Origin: Bacteroidota bacterium
GTDB taxonomy: Bacteria > Bacteroidota > Bacteroidia > Flavobacteriales > Flavobacteriaceae
Length of the DNA stretch: 64,000 bases
Direction of reading: 5' to 3'
Assembly: GCA_027619415.1 (NCBI GenBank)
Contig: JAQCFO010000003.1
Location: 45,596-109,595 of the forward strand
Shown: positions 16,130 through 26,566 of the stretch, piece by piece
How the letters are laid out: each line of letters starts with the position of its first letter
Numbering within the stretch: position 1 is the first letter of the stretch
Notes under the pieces: generated by a model
Database searches by the model: none
What the model was told of the DNA's origin: nothing
The model's input: the letters and a program-made list of their open reading frames with translations, nothing else
Position numbers and translations under genes: made by a program

Positions 16130-17095
16130 TTAAAGGCTAAATTCCATATTAATATCAGCCACATTAAAACCTTTAGAAATTACATTTTTAAAAGGACCTG
16201 AAGACTTGTTAATCACTGGATTAGTGTGATTAAGGTGGATAAAGTACACTTTGTTTTTGTCAAATATACTGAGATCCTTAAAAAGCGCTATACTTTCAAT
16301 AATAAAAGGGTGAGGAATTTCTGATATGTCCCTATTATTAATTTCTTTTGCATCATAAAAAGTGCCATCTAAAAATGCATAATCTACCTCTTTTATTAAT
16401 TCAACTATTGAAGTTTCCCACTTTTCCCACTTATCTATATCAGGAATAAAAAGAGCTGTTTTGCTAGGCCCAATTATTTTATAACCTACAGTCTCTGAAT
16501 ACTCGTCTCTATGTGGGACTAAAAAAGGAACTATACTTAAATTATCTTCTAAAACTTTTGGCTTATTATTAGTGATGCTTTTTAGATCCACATTCTTCAA
16601 TTTAACCAATTGATCCCAAGGGCCATTTGAGCTAATAAATTCCTGCATTTTAGGCATAACGAATAAAGGCACCAACGAACTGCTTAAAGATTCTCTTCCT
16701 AAATTTAAAAGTCCAGAATAATGCCCCATATGAGCATGAGTAATGAAAATTCCATTTAAAGATTTAGAAGGGTTCTTATCTTGCAACAAGGCTTTTAATT
16801 GATGGTTTATATCTGGACTAGCCTCAATTAAATAGTGTTTTTTATATTTTATGTTAGATATTCCTAAGCTAACTACTCTCTTGTTAGAAAACCCTTGATT
16901 GTAATAGTTTTTGCAACATTTTTTAGAACAACCTAAATGAGGCATTCCACCATCTTGGATTGTTCCTAGGATTTTTACAATAACCTCTTTATTTCTGACT
17001 TCAGTGTTTTTATTTGGAGTTTGACAGCTTAAAAAAATTAACAAAAAAACACTTAAAGTTATTATCAAGCGATTCTTTGAAATTAAGGATATCAT
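16130..17095 (-). CDS. MBL-fold metallo-hydrolase, PqqB-like, with lipoprotein signal
   Basis: THAHMGHYSG metal motif, N-terminal GGMPHLGCSKKCC resembling the PqqB-family Cys cluster, lipobox FLSC. Confidence 0.75.
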   Translation of the reverse strand: MISLISKNRLIITLSVFLLIFLSCQTPNKNTEVRNKEVIVKILGTIQDGGMPHLGCSKKCCKNYYNQGFSNKRVVSLGISNIKYKKHYLIEASPDINHQLKALLQDKNPSKSLNGIFITHAHMGHYSGLLNLGRESLSSSLVPLFVMPKMQEFISSNGPWDQLVKLKNVDLKSITNNKPKVLEDNLSIVPFLVPHRDEYSETVGYKIIGPSKTALFIPDIDKWEKWETSIVELIKEVDYAFLDGTFYDAKEINNRDISEIPHPFIIESIALFKDLSIFDKNKVYFIHLNHTNPVINKSSGPFKNVISKGFNVADINMEFSL

Positions 17096-17098
17096 TAT

Positions 17099-17608
17099 TT
17101 ATTCAAATAAAGCTTTTAGTTCTGTTGCATCTTTTGGAGAAAGCTTATTTGCCAAGACTAAGCTCAATTGTCTTCTTCTTAATGCTCCATTGAACCTCTT
17201 TTTTTCTAATGCAGATTCTGGGTGAATAGGTGGAATTTTAACTGGCTTCCCTTTTAAATCAATTGCAACAAATGTGAAAATTGCTTCATTCACTTTTGTT
17301 AATACTTTATTTTCCAATGATTCTATCCAGACATCTATAAAAACTTCCATAGAAGTGTTAAAAGCTCTAGATACTTTAGCTTCTAGAGTCAATACGCTTC
17401 CAACAGGTATTGGTTTAGAAAAAATAACATTGTTAATTGAAGAGGTTACTACAATTTGTTCTGCATGTCTTTTAGCTGCAATTGAAGCCACTTTGTCCAT
17501 TCTAGCCAAAAGCTCTCCCCCAAAAAGATTATTTATAGAATTTCCATTACCTGGTAGAACTATATCTGTGGTAACAGTTTTAGAATTTTCCGAAGTTTTA
17601 GATTGCAT
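17099..17608 (-). CDS. acyl-CoA thioesterase (hotdog fold, YciA-like)
   Basis: NLFGGELLARMD... pattern and a size of 169 aa. Confidence 0.85.
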   Translation of the reverse strand: MQSKTSENSKTVTTDIVLPGNGNSINNLFGGELLARMDKVASIAAKRHAEQIVVTSSINNVIFSKPIPVGSVLTLEAKVSRAFNTSMEVFIDVWIESLENKVLTKVNEAIFTFVAIDLKGKPVKIPPIHPESALEKKRFNGALRRRQLSLVLANKLSPKDATELKALFE

Positions 17609-17622
17609 CTTATACTTTTAGA

Positions 17623-18534
17623 CTAATTGGTTTTAAATAGCCACGCATCTTTATTTTCTTTTTTCTGAACAAGCCTCAAGTTAATAACTGCTTCAGTTCT
17701 ATTGGAATACCCTGAAAAAGCAACTGGACTTAATCCTTTTTCATTGAGTGGAAGTATTTTTGAATCATAGCCTTTTTTCTTAAGTTTTAAAACTAAGTTT
17801 TCAGCATTATTTGAAACTCTAAAAGCGCCAGCTATAATATAATATTGTTTTACTTCTCTTTTCACATTAAGAGTTAAAGAGGGTAAAGAACCTAAGTCAA
17901 AAATTGCTTTTTGCACCGCTTGCTTAGACTGATTTCTAGCTTCTTGTTGCTGAACCATTTTTTGTTCAAGAAAATTATTATTGATATTATAATATGATAA
18001 TAATCCTAGCCCAAAAATTAAGCAGGTCCATATAGCGGCTGTCTTGAAAAAGTTTGATTGATTAACTGGCTTCAAATAAGCAGGAATGTGCTTTACTTTA
18101 TCTGAATCTGCAACTTTCTGAGTCAGTTGAGAAATGTAAATTGGAGTTAATCCAAAAGAATCTTTCAAATGATTGACTGTTTTTATCGGTACAAATACAA
18201 TACTTTTTTCAGAATTCAAGTACAGTTCTCCTATACTTTTTAATAGAACAGTTTGATGTTGCAGCTTTTGACTCCAGCTAATAACTTCCTGATGAATTTT
18301 TTTTAAAGCATCATCATAACTCAAGTTTAATTCTGACGAAATTCGCTTAGCTAAAAGACCGTCATTGTCTTTAATTTGAGCGTTAAAAGATATTTGTTTA
18401 AAAGGAGGGTGAAATTTTTCTTCTTTAAAATCATATTCAGCAGATTTATAATTTCCTATAAAGCTCCCAAAACCTGGAACAGTTACACAATCGTGTTGAA
18501 ATAATAACTTGCTAATATGATTAGATAAATGCAT
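17623..18534 (-). CDS. SPOR domain protein with N-terminal HU-like domain
   Basis: C-terminal YYIIAGAFRVSNNAENLVLKLKKKGYDSKIL is SPOR-like, with one TM segment in mid-protein. Confidence 0.75.
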   Translation of the reverse strand: MHLSNHISKLLFQHDCVTVPGFGSFIGNYKSAEYDFKEEKFHPPFKQISFNAQIKDNDGLLAKRISSELNLSYDDALKKIHQEVISWSQKLQHQTVLLKSIGELYLNSEKSIVFVPIKTVNHLKDSFGLTPIYISQLTQKVADSDKVKHIPAYLKPVNQSNFFKTAAIWTCLIFGLGLLSYYNINNNFLEQKMVQQQEARNQSKQAVQKAIFDLGSLPSLTLNVKREVKQYYIIAGAFRVSNNAENLVLKLKKKGYDSKILPLNEKGLSPVAFSGYSNRTEAVINLRLVQKKENKDAWLFKTN

Positions 18535-18582
18535 TACTCAAAAATACATTTTTTTTGATATAAATTCTAAAATAATTAAGAC

Positions 18583-19554
18583 CTAATTATATCCTAGTTT
18601 TTCTCGAACTCTATTTAAAACTCCTTTTGCAACTTCTCGGGCTTTAATAGCTCCAATATTTAGAGCGTCATCTATTTCGTTAAGATTAGACATGTAGTAA
18701 TTGAATTTTTCTCTTTCTGAAGAAAATTTAGTTAAAATATAACCCAGTAATTCTTTTTTTGAATGACCATATCCATACCCTCCTTTTTTGTAATTTTCTT
18801 TTAGAGAATTAACAGAATCTTTATCCGCAATTAGTTCATACAGTTTAAACACATTACAGTTTTTAAAATCTTTTGGATCTTCTATTGACGTACTATCTGT
18901 TGCAATAGACATGATTTGTTTTTTAAGCTGTTTTTCAGAAAGAAAAATATCAATGACATTTCCTTTGGACTTACTCATTTTTTCTCCGTTAGTTCCCGTA
19001 ATTAGCTGAGTACTTTCGTTAACCTTGGCGCTAGGCAATACAAATGTTTCTCCATAAGAATTGTTAAATCTTGAAGCTACATCTCGAGTCATTTCAAGAT
19101 GCTGTTGTTGATCTTTTCCTACTGGGACATACTCCGCGTCATAAAGTAAAATATCCGCAGCCATGAGCATTGGGTATGTAAAAATTCCCGCATTAACATC
19201 GTCTAATCTGTCTGATTTATCTTTGAATGAATGAGCTAGTGTTAACCTTTGGTATGGAAAATGACAAGATAAAATCCAGGCTAGTTCAGTTGCTATAGGA
19301 ACATCACTTTGACGGTAAAAAATAGTTTTATTAATATCTAGCCCAAACGACAACCAGGCTGCTGCCGTAGCATAAGTGTTGTTTTTTAAAATTTCTTTGT
19401 TCTTTATTTGCGTTAAAGAGTGCATGTCTGCAATAAACAAAAAGGATTCATTTTTTGAATCATTAGACATCTCTATTGCTGGAATAATAGCTCCTAAAAT
19501 GTTTCCTAAATGTGGAGTTCCTGTACTTTGAACACCTGTTAAAATTCTTGACAT
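18583..19554 (-). CDS. trpS: tryptophan--tRNA ligase
   Basis: MSRILTGVQSTGTPHLGN (HIGH-type) and KMSKS. I prefer ATG 19554 to the track start at 19605, which adds 17 non-conserved residues. Confidence 0.93.
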   Translation of the reverse strand: MSRILTGVQSTGTPHLGNILGAIIPAIEMSNDSKNESFLFIADMHSLTQIKNKEILKNNTYATAAAWLSFGLDINKTIFYRQSDVPIATELAWILSCHFPYQRLTLAHSFKDKSDRLDDVNAGIFTYPMLMAADILLYDAEYVPVGKDQQQHLEMTRDVASRFNNSYGETFVLPSAKVNESTQLITGTNGEKMSKSKGNVIDIFLSEKQLKKQIMSIATDSTSIEDPKDFKNCNVFKLYELIADKDSVNSLKENYKKGGYGYGHSKKELLGYILTKFSSEREKFNYYMSNLNEIDDALNIGAIKAREVAKGVLNRVREKLGYN

Positions 19555-19623
19555 ATAAGTGTTGTTGTTAACAAAAGTAATAGATTTAAAAAACATATCG
19601 CTCATTTAATTACTTTTACATTA

Positions 19624-20370
19624 ATGCTAAGAATTATAAAAATCATTTTGTGCGGACTATATAATGTCTGGTTTTACATTTTAGCTGGGTCTGGATTATT
19701 AATTCTTTTACCAATTTTTTTTGTGTTATCGTATAAAGAATCCTATTATCCTCAATTTTTTTGGGTTGCTAGAAATATTTGGGCTAACCTTATTTTGTAT
19801 GGGATGGGCTTAATTCCCAAAATAGAATACAAGGAGCCTTTTATTAAAGGCAATAACTATATGCTGGCGGCTAATCATAAAAGTATGATTGACGTAATGT
19901 TAATGCTAAGAGTGAGTAAAATTCCTTTTGTTTTTGTAGGGAAAAAAGAGCTCGTCAGACTCCCTATTTTCGGATACTTCTACAAAAGAGTCGCAATCAT
20001 GGTTGATAGAGATAGTATTGAAAGTAGAAAAAATGTCTACAAACATGCTAAAAGAAGATTAGATCAAGGCTTAGGAATTTGCATATTTCCAGAAGGTGCT
20101 GTATTTGGTCCAGAAATTAAATTAGCTCCATTTAAAAATGGTGTGTTTAGATTTTCTACAGATTTTCAAATGCCAATAGTTCCCATGTCTTTTCTAGATT
20201 GTGAAAAAAGATATCCTTACCATTTTTCTTATAATCATTTTGTAGGAGGGCCGGGATTTTTAAGAGTTCGTGTTCACAACCACATAAGCACAAATGGATT
20301 AGGCGAAAAAGATAGAGAGTTTTTAAAAAAACAAGTTTATGATTTGCTTTGGAATGACTTAGATGACTAA
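19624..20370 (+). CDS. plsC: 1-acyl-sn-glycerol-3-phosphate acyltransferase
   Basis: NHKSMIDV (HX4D) and FPEG motifs. N-terminal TM helices. Confidence 0.85.
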   Translation: MLRIIKIILCGLYNVWFYILAGSGLLILLPIFFVLSYKESYYPQFFWVARNIWANLILYGMGLIPKIEYKEPFIKGNNYMLAANHKSMIDVMLMLRVSKIPFVFVGKKELVRLPIFGYFYKRVAIMVDRDSIESRKNVYKHAKRRLDQGLGICIFPEGAVFGPEIKLAPFKNGVFRFSTDFQMPIVPMSFLDCEKRYPYHFSYNHFVGGPGFLRVRVHNHISTNGLGEKDREFLKKQVYDLLWNDLDD

Positions 20371-21365
20371 GATTTAAGTGCTTCGACAATTTTTACTTCT
20401 AACTCATCACACAGCTCTGGATTATCAATAAGAATCGCCTTCACTGAATCTCTTCCTTGACCAAGTTTTGTTTCACCATAACTAAACCAAGATCCGCTTT
20501 TATCTATAATTCCGTGCTCAACCCCTAAATCAATGATTTCTCCCAACTTAGAAATTCCTTTTCCATAAATAATATCAAACTCACTTAATTTAAAGGGGGG
20601 AGCAACCTTATTTTTCACGACCTTAACTCTAGTTCTATTGCCTAAAACATTTCCATTAGTGTCTTTAATTTGAGTTGATCTTCTAATATCAAGTCTAACT
20701 GAAGCATAAAATTTTAATGCGTTTCCACCTGTTGTAGTTTCAGGATTTCCAAACATAACTCCAATTTTCTCTCTAAGCTGATTAATAAAAATTACTGTAC
20801 AGTTAGTTTTACTTATGTTAGAGGTTAATTTTCTTAATGCTTGAGACATTAATCTTGCATGAAGTCCCATTTTAGAATCTCCCATTTCACCTTCAATTTC
20901 ACTTTTCGGAGTCAATGCCGCTACAGAATCAATAACGATTATATCAATGGCACCTGATCTAATTAAGTTATCTGTGATTTCAAGAGCTTGCTCACCGTTA
21001 TCAGGCTGAGAAATAATTAGTTCATCAATATTAATACCAAGATTTTGAGCGTAAAATCTGTCAAAAGCATGCTCTGCATCGATAAAAGCTGCTATTCCAC
21101 CTGCTTTTTGAGCCTCAGCTATTGCATGAAGTGTTAAAGTTGTTTTCCCAGATGATTCAGGTCCATAAATTTCTATTACCCTTCCTTTCGGATATCCACC
21201 TACACCCAAAGCGTAGTCTAAAGTTAATGATCCGCTAGAAATAGATTCAATTTCTTGAATTGGCGAATCGCCCATTTTCATAACTGTTCCTTTGCCGTAA
21301 GTTTTATCCAGTTTATCAAGCGTTAGCTGAAGTGCTTTTTGCTTTGATTCTTTATCTTCGCTCAT
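20367..21365 (-). CDS. recA: recombinase RecA
   Basis: [10 protein letters not shown] Walker A plus full-length RecA pattern, 332 aa. Confidence 0.98.
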   Translation of the reverse strand: MSEDKESKQKALQLTLDKLDKTYGKGTVMKMGDSPIQEIESISSGSLTLDYALGVGGYPKGRVIEIYGPESSGKTTLTLHAIAEAQKAGGIAAFIDAEHAFDRFYAQNLGINIDELIISQPDNGEQALEITDNLIRSGAIDIIVIDSVAALTPKSEIEGEMGDSKMGLHARLMSQALRKLTSNISKTNCTVIFINQLREKIGVMFGNPETTTGGNALKFYASVRLDIRRSTQIKDTNGNVLGNRTRVKVVKNKVAPPFKLSEFDIIYGKGISKLGEIIDLGVEHGIIDKSGSWFSYGETKLGQGRDSVKAILIDNPELCDELEVKIVEALKS

Positions 21366-21494
21366 GAAATAATTAAATTAGGTTGATAGCTAAAGTACAA
21401 TTTATTTAAATTATCTCATAGCGTCATAAGGTCGATTTTTATAAGAATTATTAAAATATTATTTTAGCATTCTTTATCATATTTAGTTGTAATA

Positions 21495-22535
21495 ATGGAA
21501 TTATACAATAAACTTAGTGCCAAACAAAGAGCCTCTTTAATAGAAGAGGCCGGAAGTAAACGCCTGACACTGTCATTTTACAAATACCACTTAATAAAAA
21601 ACTGCCAATTATTTAGAGATCACCTATATATTAATTGGGATGAGCTAGGCGTACTAGGCAGAATTTATATTGCTAAAGAAGGAATTAACGCACAACTTTC
21701 TGTTCCTTCAGAAAATTTTAAAAAATTTAAACAAAGTCTTGATGAAATTTCTTTTTTAAAAGAAGCCAGATTAAACATCGCTATAGAGCAAAATGATTTT
21801 TCGTTTTTAAAATTAAAAATTAAACTAAGAAAAAATATTGTTGCTGATGGATTAGATTCGATTAACATTGACTTAAATAATACTGGAGAGCATCTAAATG
21901 CTAAGGATTTTAATGCTATTATAGAAAGTCCTGAGACTCTTCTTGTCGATATGAGAAATCATTACGAAAGTGAAATTGGTCATTTTAAAGGGGCTGTCTT
22001 ACCTGATGTTGATAGTTTTAGAGAATCGCTGCCTATAATTGAAAAAGCTTTTGAGAAGCATAAAAAATCTAAAAATATTGTGATGTATTGTACTGGAGGT
22101 ATTCGCTGTGAAAAAGCAAGTGCTTTTTTAAAACACAAAGGTTATGATAATGTTTACCAACTCGAAGGCGGCATTATTGAGTATACCCGTCAAGTTAAAG
22201 ATCAGGGAATCGAAAATAAATTTTTAGGAAAAAACTTCGTGTTTGACCAAAGAAGAAGCGAAGTTATAACAGGCAATGTTGTGTCTAATTGCCATCAGTG
22301 TGGATCAAAAAGTGATGAGCATGTAAATTGCGCCAACGAAGCTTGCCACCTGTTGTTTATTCAATGTGAAAGTTGCTCTAAAAAGTACGATACCTGCTGC
22401 TCTTTTGAATGTCAAAAAATCAACTCCTTGCCTTTTGAAGAACAGAAAAAATTAAGAAAAGGAAAAGGTAATAGCAACAAAATATTTAAAAAAGGAAGAT
22501 CAGAGGTTCTAAAGTTTAAAAAAACATCTTTATAA
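21495..22535 (+). CDS. trhO: rhodanese-domain tRNA uridine(34) hydroxylase (UPF0176/YceA family)
   Basis: YCTGGIRCEKASAFL rhodanese active-site loop. C-terminal Cys-rich extension. Confidence 0.88.
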   Translation: MELYNKLSAKQRASLIEEAGSKRLTLSFYKYHLIKNCQLFRDHLYINWDELGVLGRIYIAKEGINAQLSVPSENFKKFKQSLDEISFLKEARLNIAIEQNDFSFLKLKIKLRKNIVADGLDSINIDLNNTGEHLNAKDFNAIIESPETLLVDMRNHYESEIGHFKGAVLPDVDSFRESLPIIEKAFEKHKKSKNIVMYCTGGIRCEKASAFLKHKGYDNVYQLEGGIIEYTRQVKDQGIENKFLGKNFVFDQRRSEVITGNVVSNCHQCGSKSDEHVNCANEACHLLFIQCESCSKKYDTCCSFECQKINSLPFEEQKKLRKGKGNSNKIFKKGRSEVLKFKKTSL

Positions 22536-22598
22536 TAGTTTTGAGTTAGCAGCTTAAATTACCTAACTTTAAAGTCTAATAAATCACAATAATCATCT

Positions 22599-23738
22599 AT
22601 GGGCTGTTCAAGTTGTAGCACTAATTCAAGCGGAGTTCCTGGTGGATGTAAAAACAACGGAACTTGTGGAACAGACGGATGTAATAAGCTAACTGTGTTT
22701 GATTGGCTTTCCAATATGGAGCCTGTTGGTGATAAAGAACATTCAAAAATAATTGAAGTGCGATTCAAAAACGGAAGAAAAGAATACTATAATAATTCTT
22801 CTGATTTAACAATTTCTATTGGTGATTTGCTTGTTGTAAAAGCTGAAAAAGGTTATGATGTTGGCTATGCCACATTAAAGGGCGGACTTATTGCTCTACA
22901 ATTAAAAAAGAAAAGAATTAATCCTAAGTCAACTAAGTTTCTTGAAATAATAAGAAAAGCTTCTCAAAAAGATATTGATATCTGGACGCGCGCCAGAGAA
23001 AGAGAAGAAGATGTGAAAAAGAAATCTAGGCAATTGGCTATTTCTTTAAATTTAAAAATGAAAATTTCCGATGTTGAATTCCAAGGAGACGACAGCAAGG
23101 TTACTTTTTATTATACTGCTCCAGGCAGGGTTGATTTCAGGCAGTTAATTCGTGATATGGCCAGACAATTCAACACTCGAATTGAGATGAAACAAATTGG
23201 CCTTAGAGAAGAGGCTTCAAGGCTTGGAGGAATTGGATCTTGCGGACGAGAGTTATGTTGCTCCACTTGGCTTACTGACTTTAGATCTGTCACTACATCA
23301 GCAGCAAGATATCAGCAGCTTTCTTTAAACCCTCAAAAACTAGCAGGTCAATGTGGAAAACTAAAATGCTGTTTAAACTATGAACTTGATTTTTATCAAG
23401 AAGCTTTAAAAGATTTTCCTAAATCCGATTCTAAAATTTTAACCGAAAAAGGAATTGCTTTTTGTCAAAAAATTGACATATTTAAAGGCCTTTTATGGTT
23501 TGTTTATAAAAATGATAGCGTTACTTGGCACCAGTTAAGTGTTGAGAAAGCAAAAGAAATTTTAAAAATTAACGCTAAAGGAGAAAAAATAGAAAGCTTA
23601 GAAGAATACGCCACTTACGAAGACAACTCTAATGATGTTAGTTTTGAAAATGTTGTAGGGCAGGATAGCTTAACTCGTTTTGACAACAAAAATACCCGAT
23701 TCAAAAACAAGAAAAAGAAAGTTTGGAAGAAAGCATAA
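22599..23738 (+). CDS. PSP1 domain protein
   Basis: Cys/Gly-rich N-terminus (MGCSSCS...GCNKLTVFDWLSNM) followed by a PSP1 C-terminal domain. Confidence 0.85.
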   Translation: MGCSSCSTNSSGVPGGCKNNGTCGTDGCNKLTVFDWLSNMEPVGDKEHSKIIEVRFKNGRKEYYNNSSDLTISIGDLLVVKAEKGYDVGYATLKGGLIALQLKKKRINPKSTKFLEIIRKASQKDIDIWTRAREREEDVKKKSRQLAISLNLKMKISDVEFQGDDSKVTFYYTAPGRVDFRQLIRDMARQFNTRIEMKQIGLREEASRLGGIGSCGRELCCSTWLTDFRSVTTSAARYQQLSLNPQKLAGQCGKLKCCLNYELDFYQEALKDFPKSDSKILTEKGIAFCQKIDIFKGLLWFVYKNDSVTWHQLSVEKAKEILKINAKGEKIESLEEYATYEDNSNDVSFENVVGQDSLTRFDNKNTRFKNKKKKVWKKA

Positions 23739-23749
23739 TTAAGCACGTT

Positions 23750-24238
23750 ATGAAAATTAAAAATAGTCTTTTTTTTCTTTTATTTATTTTCTGTATTGGA
23801 TCATGCTCTTCTCCTTATTTCTTAGAATTTTTCGAATTTCCTGAGGGCTGGAAAAATACACAAACTGTTGAGTTTAACTTTAAAGCAGGATTAAGCTCTA
23901 AAAATATGTCTTTAATTTTAAGACATAATAACGATTATAATTACGCTAATATTTTTTTAATAACCGAATTAAGTTCTAATCGATCTTTAATACAAGCTGA
24001 TACTTTAGAGTTTTTATTAAGTAAGCCTAACGGACAATGGCTTGGAGATAAAAAACTAACTTTAGTAGAGCACAAACTTTCTTATAAAGAAAATATTATC
24101 TTAGAAAAAGACAGTCTCTATTCATTAAAGGTAAGAACTTCAATGAGGCTTAATGATCGTATTATGCCAATTGCTAATTTGGAAGGGATTGTAGGTTTAG
24201 GGCTATTAATTGAAGACGATACTAATGAAAAAAAATAA
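23750..24238 (+). CDS. gldH: gliding-motility lipoprotein GldH (candidate)
   Basis: Lipobox FCIGSCSS and about 160 aa. As I recall, a position between the PSP1 and PBP1A genes is common in Flavobacteriia. I prefer ATG 23750, which avoids overlap with PSP1, to the track start at 23723. Confidence 0.6.
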   Translation: MKIKNSLFFLLFIFCIGSCSSPYFLEFFEFPEGWKNTQTVEFNFKAGLSSKNMSLILRHNNDYNYANIFLITELSSNRSLIQADTLEFLLSKPNGQWLGDKKLTLVEHKLSYKENIILEKDSLYSLKVRTSMRLNDRIMPIANLEGIVGLGLLIEDDTNEKK

Positions 24239-26546
24239 AAACAAAGAAATTCCAAAAAAATACAAGCTGTATTATTACGGCTTTTGGATGATTTTTATTT
24301 TAGGAATTCTATCTGTTTCTGGTATTTTTTACTCTGCTTCAGTTGGTGCCTTAGGGGAAATGCCTGACTTTAGGCAGCTTGAAAATCCTAATACCAATTT
24401 AGCAACTGAGATCATTTCTTCGGATAATAAGATTTTAGGAAAATTTCATTTTGGAGAAAATAGAACTCCAGTTGAGTTTACTGACCTTCCAAAGCATTTA
24501 GTCGATGCCTTGATTTCAACTGAAGACGAAAGGTTTTATGGACACTCAGGAATTGATTTTAAAGCTACCGTTAGAGCAATTGTTTATCTCAACAAAAGAG
24601 GAGGGGCTAGTACAATTTCCCAACAATTAGCCAGACAACTATTTGTGGGGGTTCGTTCAAAAAATATTTTTGAAGCACTCACTCAAAAAGCAAAAGAATG
24701 GGTTCTTGCCGTTAGACTAGAGAAGCAATATACTAAAGAGGAAATCATAACAATGTATCTTAATATTTATGACTTTGGATATAATGGTGATGGAATAAAA
24801 TCAGCCTCAAGTATTTTCTTTGGCAAACAAATTAATGATTTAAGCATAGAAGAATCAGCGGTTCTTGTTGGAATGCTAAAAAACTCATCCTATTACAATC
24901 CGATTCGAAGACCTGAGCTGGTTAAGTCAAGGCGAAATATCGTGTTTAGTCAAATGAGAAAAAGCAACCACCTTAATGACAAACAACTGGACTCTTTAAA
25001 GCAACTTGCTCTTGAAATTAATTATACTCCTCAATCCCACAGAGAAGGTTTAGCGACTTATTTCAGGGCTTATCTTCAAAATTTTATGAAAAATTGGACC
25101 AAGAACAACACAAAAAGTGATGGATCTAATTATAATATTTATTTAGATGGTCTAAAAATTTATACTACTATAAATTATCAGATGCAGCAATATGCAGAAG
25201 AATCCGTCAAGCTTCACATGACCAATCTTCAAGAAGAATTTTTTAAACAAAACACAAAAAAACTAAACCCAACAGCGCCTTTTTTAGAAATAGAAGAAGA
25301 AGAAGAAGAAATGATTTTCAAAAGAGCCATGCAAAGGTCTGAGAGGTGGAGAAAAATGAAAATTTTAGGGAAATCTGAACAAGAAATGTTTGATTCATTT
25401 CAGGTTGAAGTACCCATGACTATTTTTTCATGGAAAGGAGATATTGATACGATAATGAAACCTATTGATTCTATTCGTTATTACAAGCATTTTATGCAAG
25501 TAGGAATGATGTCTATGGAGCCTCAAAGTGGCCATGTAAAAGCGTGGGTAGGAGGAATTAATTACAAACATTTTCAATACGATCATGTTAAACAAGGAAA
25601 AAGACAAATTGGATCCACATTTAAACCTTTTTTATATGCCACAGCAATTGATCAGTTAAAACTATCGCCCTGTGATTCTCTTCCAGATGCCCTTTATTGT
25701 ATTGAGCCTAATAAATATGGCAATCCCGAGCCTTGGTGTCCTACTAATTCAAGCGATAAATATGGAGGAATGAGAACCTTAAAAAATGCATTGGCTAATT
25801 CCAAAAACACCATTAGCGCTCAGTTAATGGATAAAGTTGGGCCTAAACCTGTTGCCGATTTAGCTCGTAATTTAGGAATCGAGTCCTTCATTCCCAATGT
25901 TCCCGCTATAGCGCTAGGAACACCAGATTTAAGCGTGTATGAAATGGTGGGTGCTTATGGCGCTTTTGCTAATAAAGGGATTTATGTGAAACCTACTATG
26001 ATTTCAAGAATTGAAGATAAAAACGGAATACTCCTTTATCAATCCTCACCTCAAACCAAAGATGTTATTAGCGAAGAATCCGCCTATGTCACAGTTAACC
26101 TTTTAGAAGGTGTTACCAAGTTTGGATCTGGAGCTAGATTACGTCATAATATTCCAGAAAGTGAAAGAAACCCTGTTTATAGAGACGTGGTAACGGGTTA
26201 CCCTTATGCTTTTGATAATGCCATTGCAGGAAAAACAGGAACAACACAAAATCAAAGTGACGGATGGTTCATGGGAATGGTTCCTAACTTAGTAACGGGA
26301 GTTTGGGTTGGTGCTGAAGACAGAGCTACTCACTTTGAAACAATTGCTTACGGACAAGGAGCGACTATGGCTCTTCCTATATGGGGAATGTTTATGAAAA
26401 AATGTTATGAAAATGAAGAGCTTGGAATTTCAAAAGAAGATTTTCTTCCTCCTGAAATTTTAAATATTCCTATTGATTGTGAAGCTATAAAGCCTGTTAA
26501 CAATTTTCCTTCTGAAGCTGAAGACATCAAAGGATTGGGATTATAA
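24225..26546 (+). CDS. mrcA: penicillin-binding protein 1A (transglycosylase/transpeptidase)
   Basis: GT51 motifs (EDERFYGHSGID, GASTISQQLAR) and transpeptidase motifs STFKP, SKN, KTGTT. The track start at 24210 is TTG; the first ATG is at 24225. Confidence 0.93.
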   Translation: MKKNKNKEIPKKYKLYYYGFWMIFILGILSVSGIFYSASVGALGEMPDFRQLENPNTNLATEIISSDNKILGKFHFGENRTPVEFTDLPKHLVDALISTEDERFYGHSGIDFKATVRAIVYLNKRGGASTISQQLARQLFVGVRSKNIFEALTQKAKEWVLAVRLEKQYTKEEIITMYLNIYDFGYNGDGIKSASSIFFGKQINDLSIEESAVLVGMLKNSSYYNPIRRPELVKSRRNIVFSQMRKSNHLNDKQLDSLKQLALEINYTPQSHREGLATYFRAYLQNFMKNWTKNNTKSDGSNYNIYLDGLKIYTTINYQMQQYAEESVKLHMTNLQEEFFKQNTKKLNPTAPFLEIEEEEEEMIFKRAMQRSERWRKMKILGKSEQEMFDSFQVEVPMTIFSWKGDIDTIMKPIDSIRYYKHFMQVGMMSMEPQSGHVKAWVGGINYKHFQYDHVKQGKRQIGSTFKPFLYATAIDQLKLSPCDSLPDALYCIEPNKYGNPEPWCPTNSSDKYGGMRTLKNALANSKNTISAQLMDKVGPKPVADLARNLGIESFIPNVPAIALGTPDLSVYEMVGAYGAFANKGIYVKPTMISRIEDKNGILLYQSSPQTKDVISEESAYVTVNLLEGVTKFGSGARLRHNIPESERNPVYRDVVTGYPYAFDNAIAGKTGTTQNQSDGWFMGMVPNLVTGVWVGAEDRATHFETIAYGQGATMALPIWGMFMKKCYENEELGISKEDFLPPEILNIPIDCEAIKPVNNFPSEAEDIKGLGL

Positions 26547-26566
26547 ATAATTTGTAACTTGAATAG

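Noticed and set aside
17274-17621. Track ORFs lying antisense inside longer, well-supported genes. Examples: 1334..1567, 2875..3099, 7295..7483, 8867..9079, 13067..13261, 14181..14387, 17274..17621, 20156..20389, 21665..21868, 22559..22768, 23111..23293, 27361..27549, 30403..30606, 37237..37521, 39241..39423, 42008..42253, 42764..42982, 43607..43831, 45135..45326, 46576..46842, 47109..47315, 49503..49691, 49717..49917, 49853..50041, 51523..51765, 53545..53856, 58950..59342, 59859..60047, 60102..60290, 61498..61680, 61937..62158, 62936..63175, 63479..63685.
   Set aside because: They overlap genes with clear family motifs, have low-complexity or odd composition, and are expected shadow frames in AT-rich DNA.
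25292-25309. (GAA)6 trinucleotide repeat encoding an E6 run in PBP1A.
   Set aside because: It is in-frame, so length changes only alter a linker. This is common low-complexity sequence and not worth a finding.
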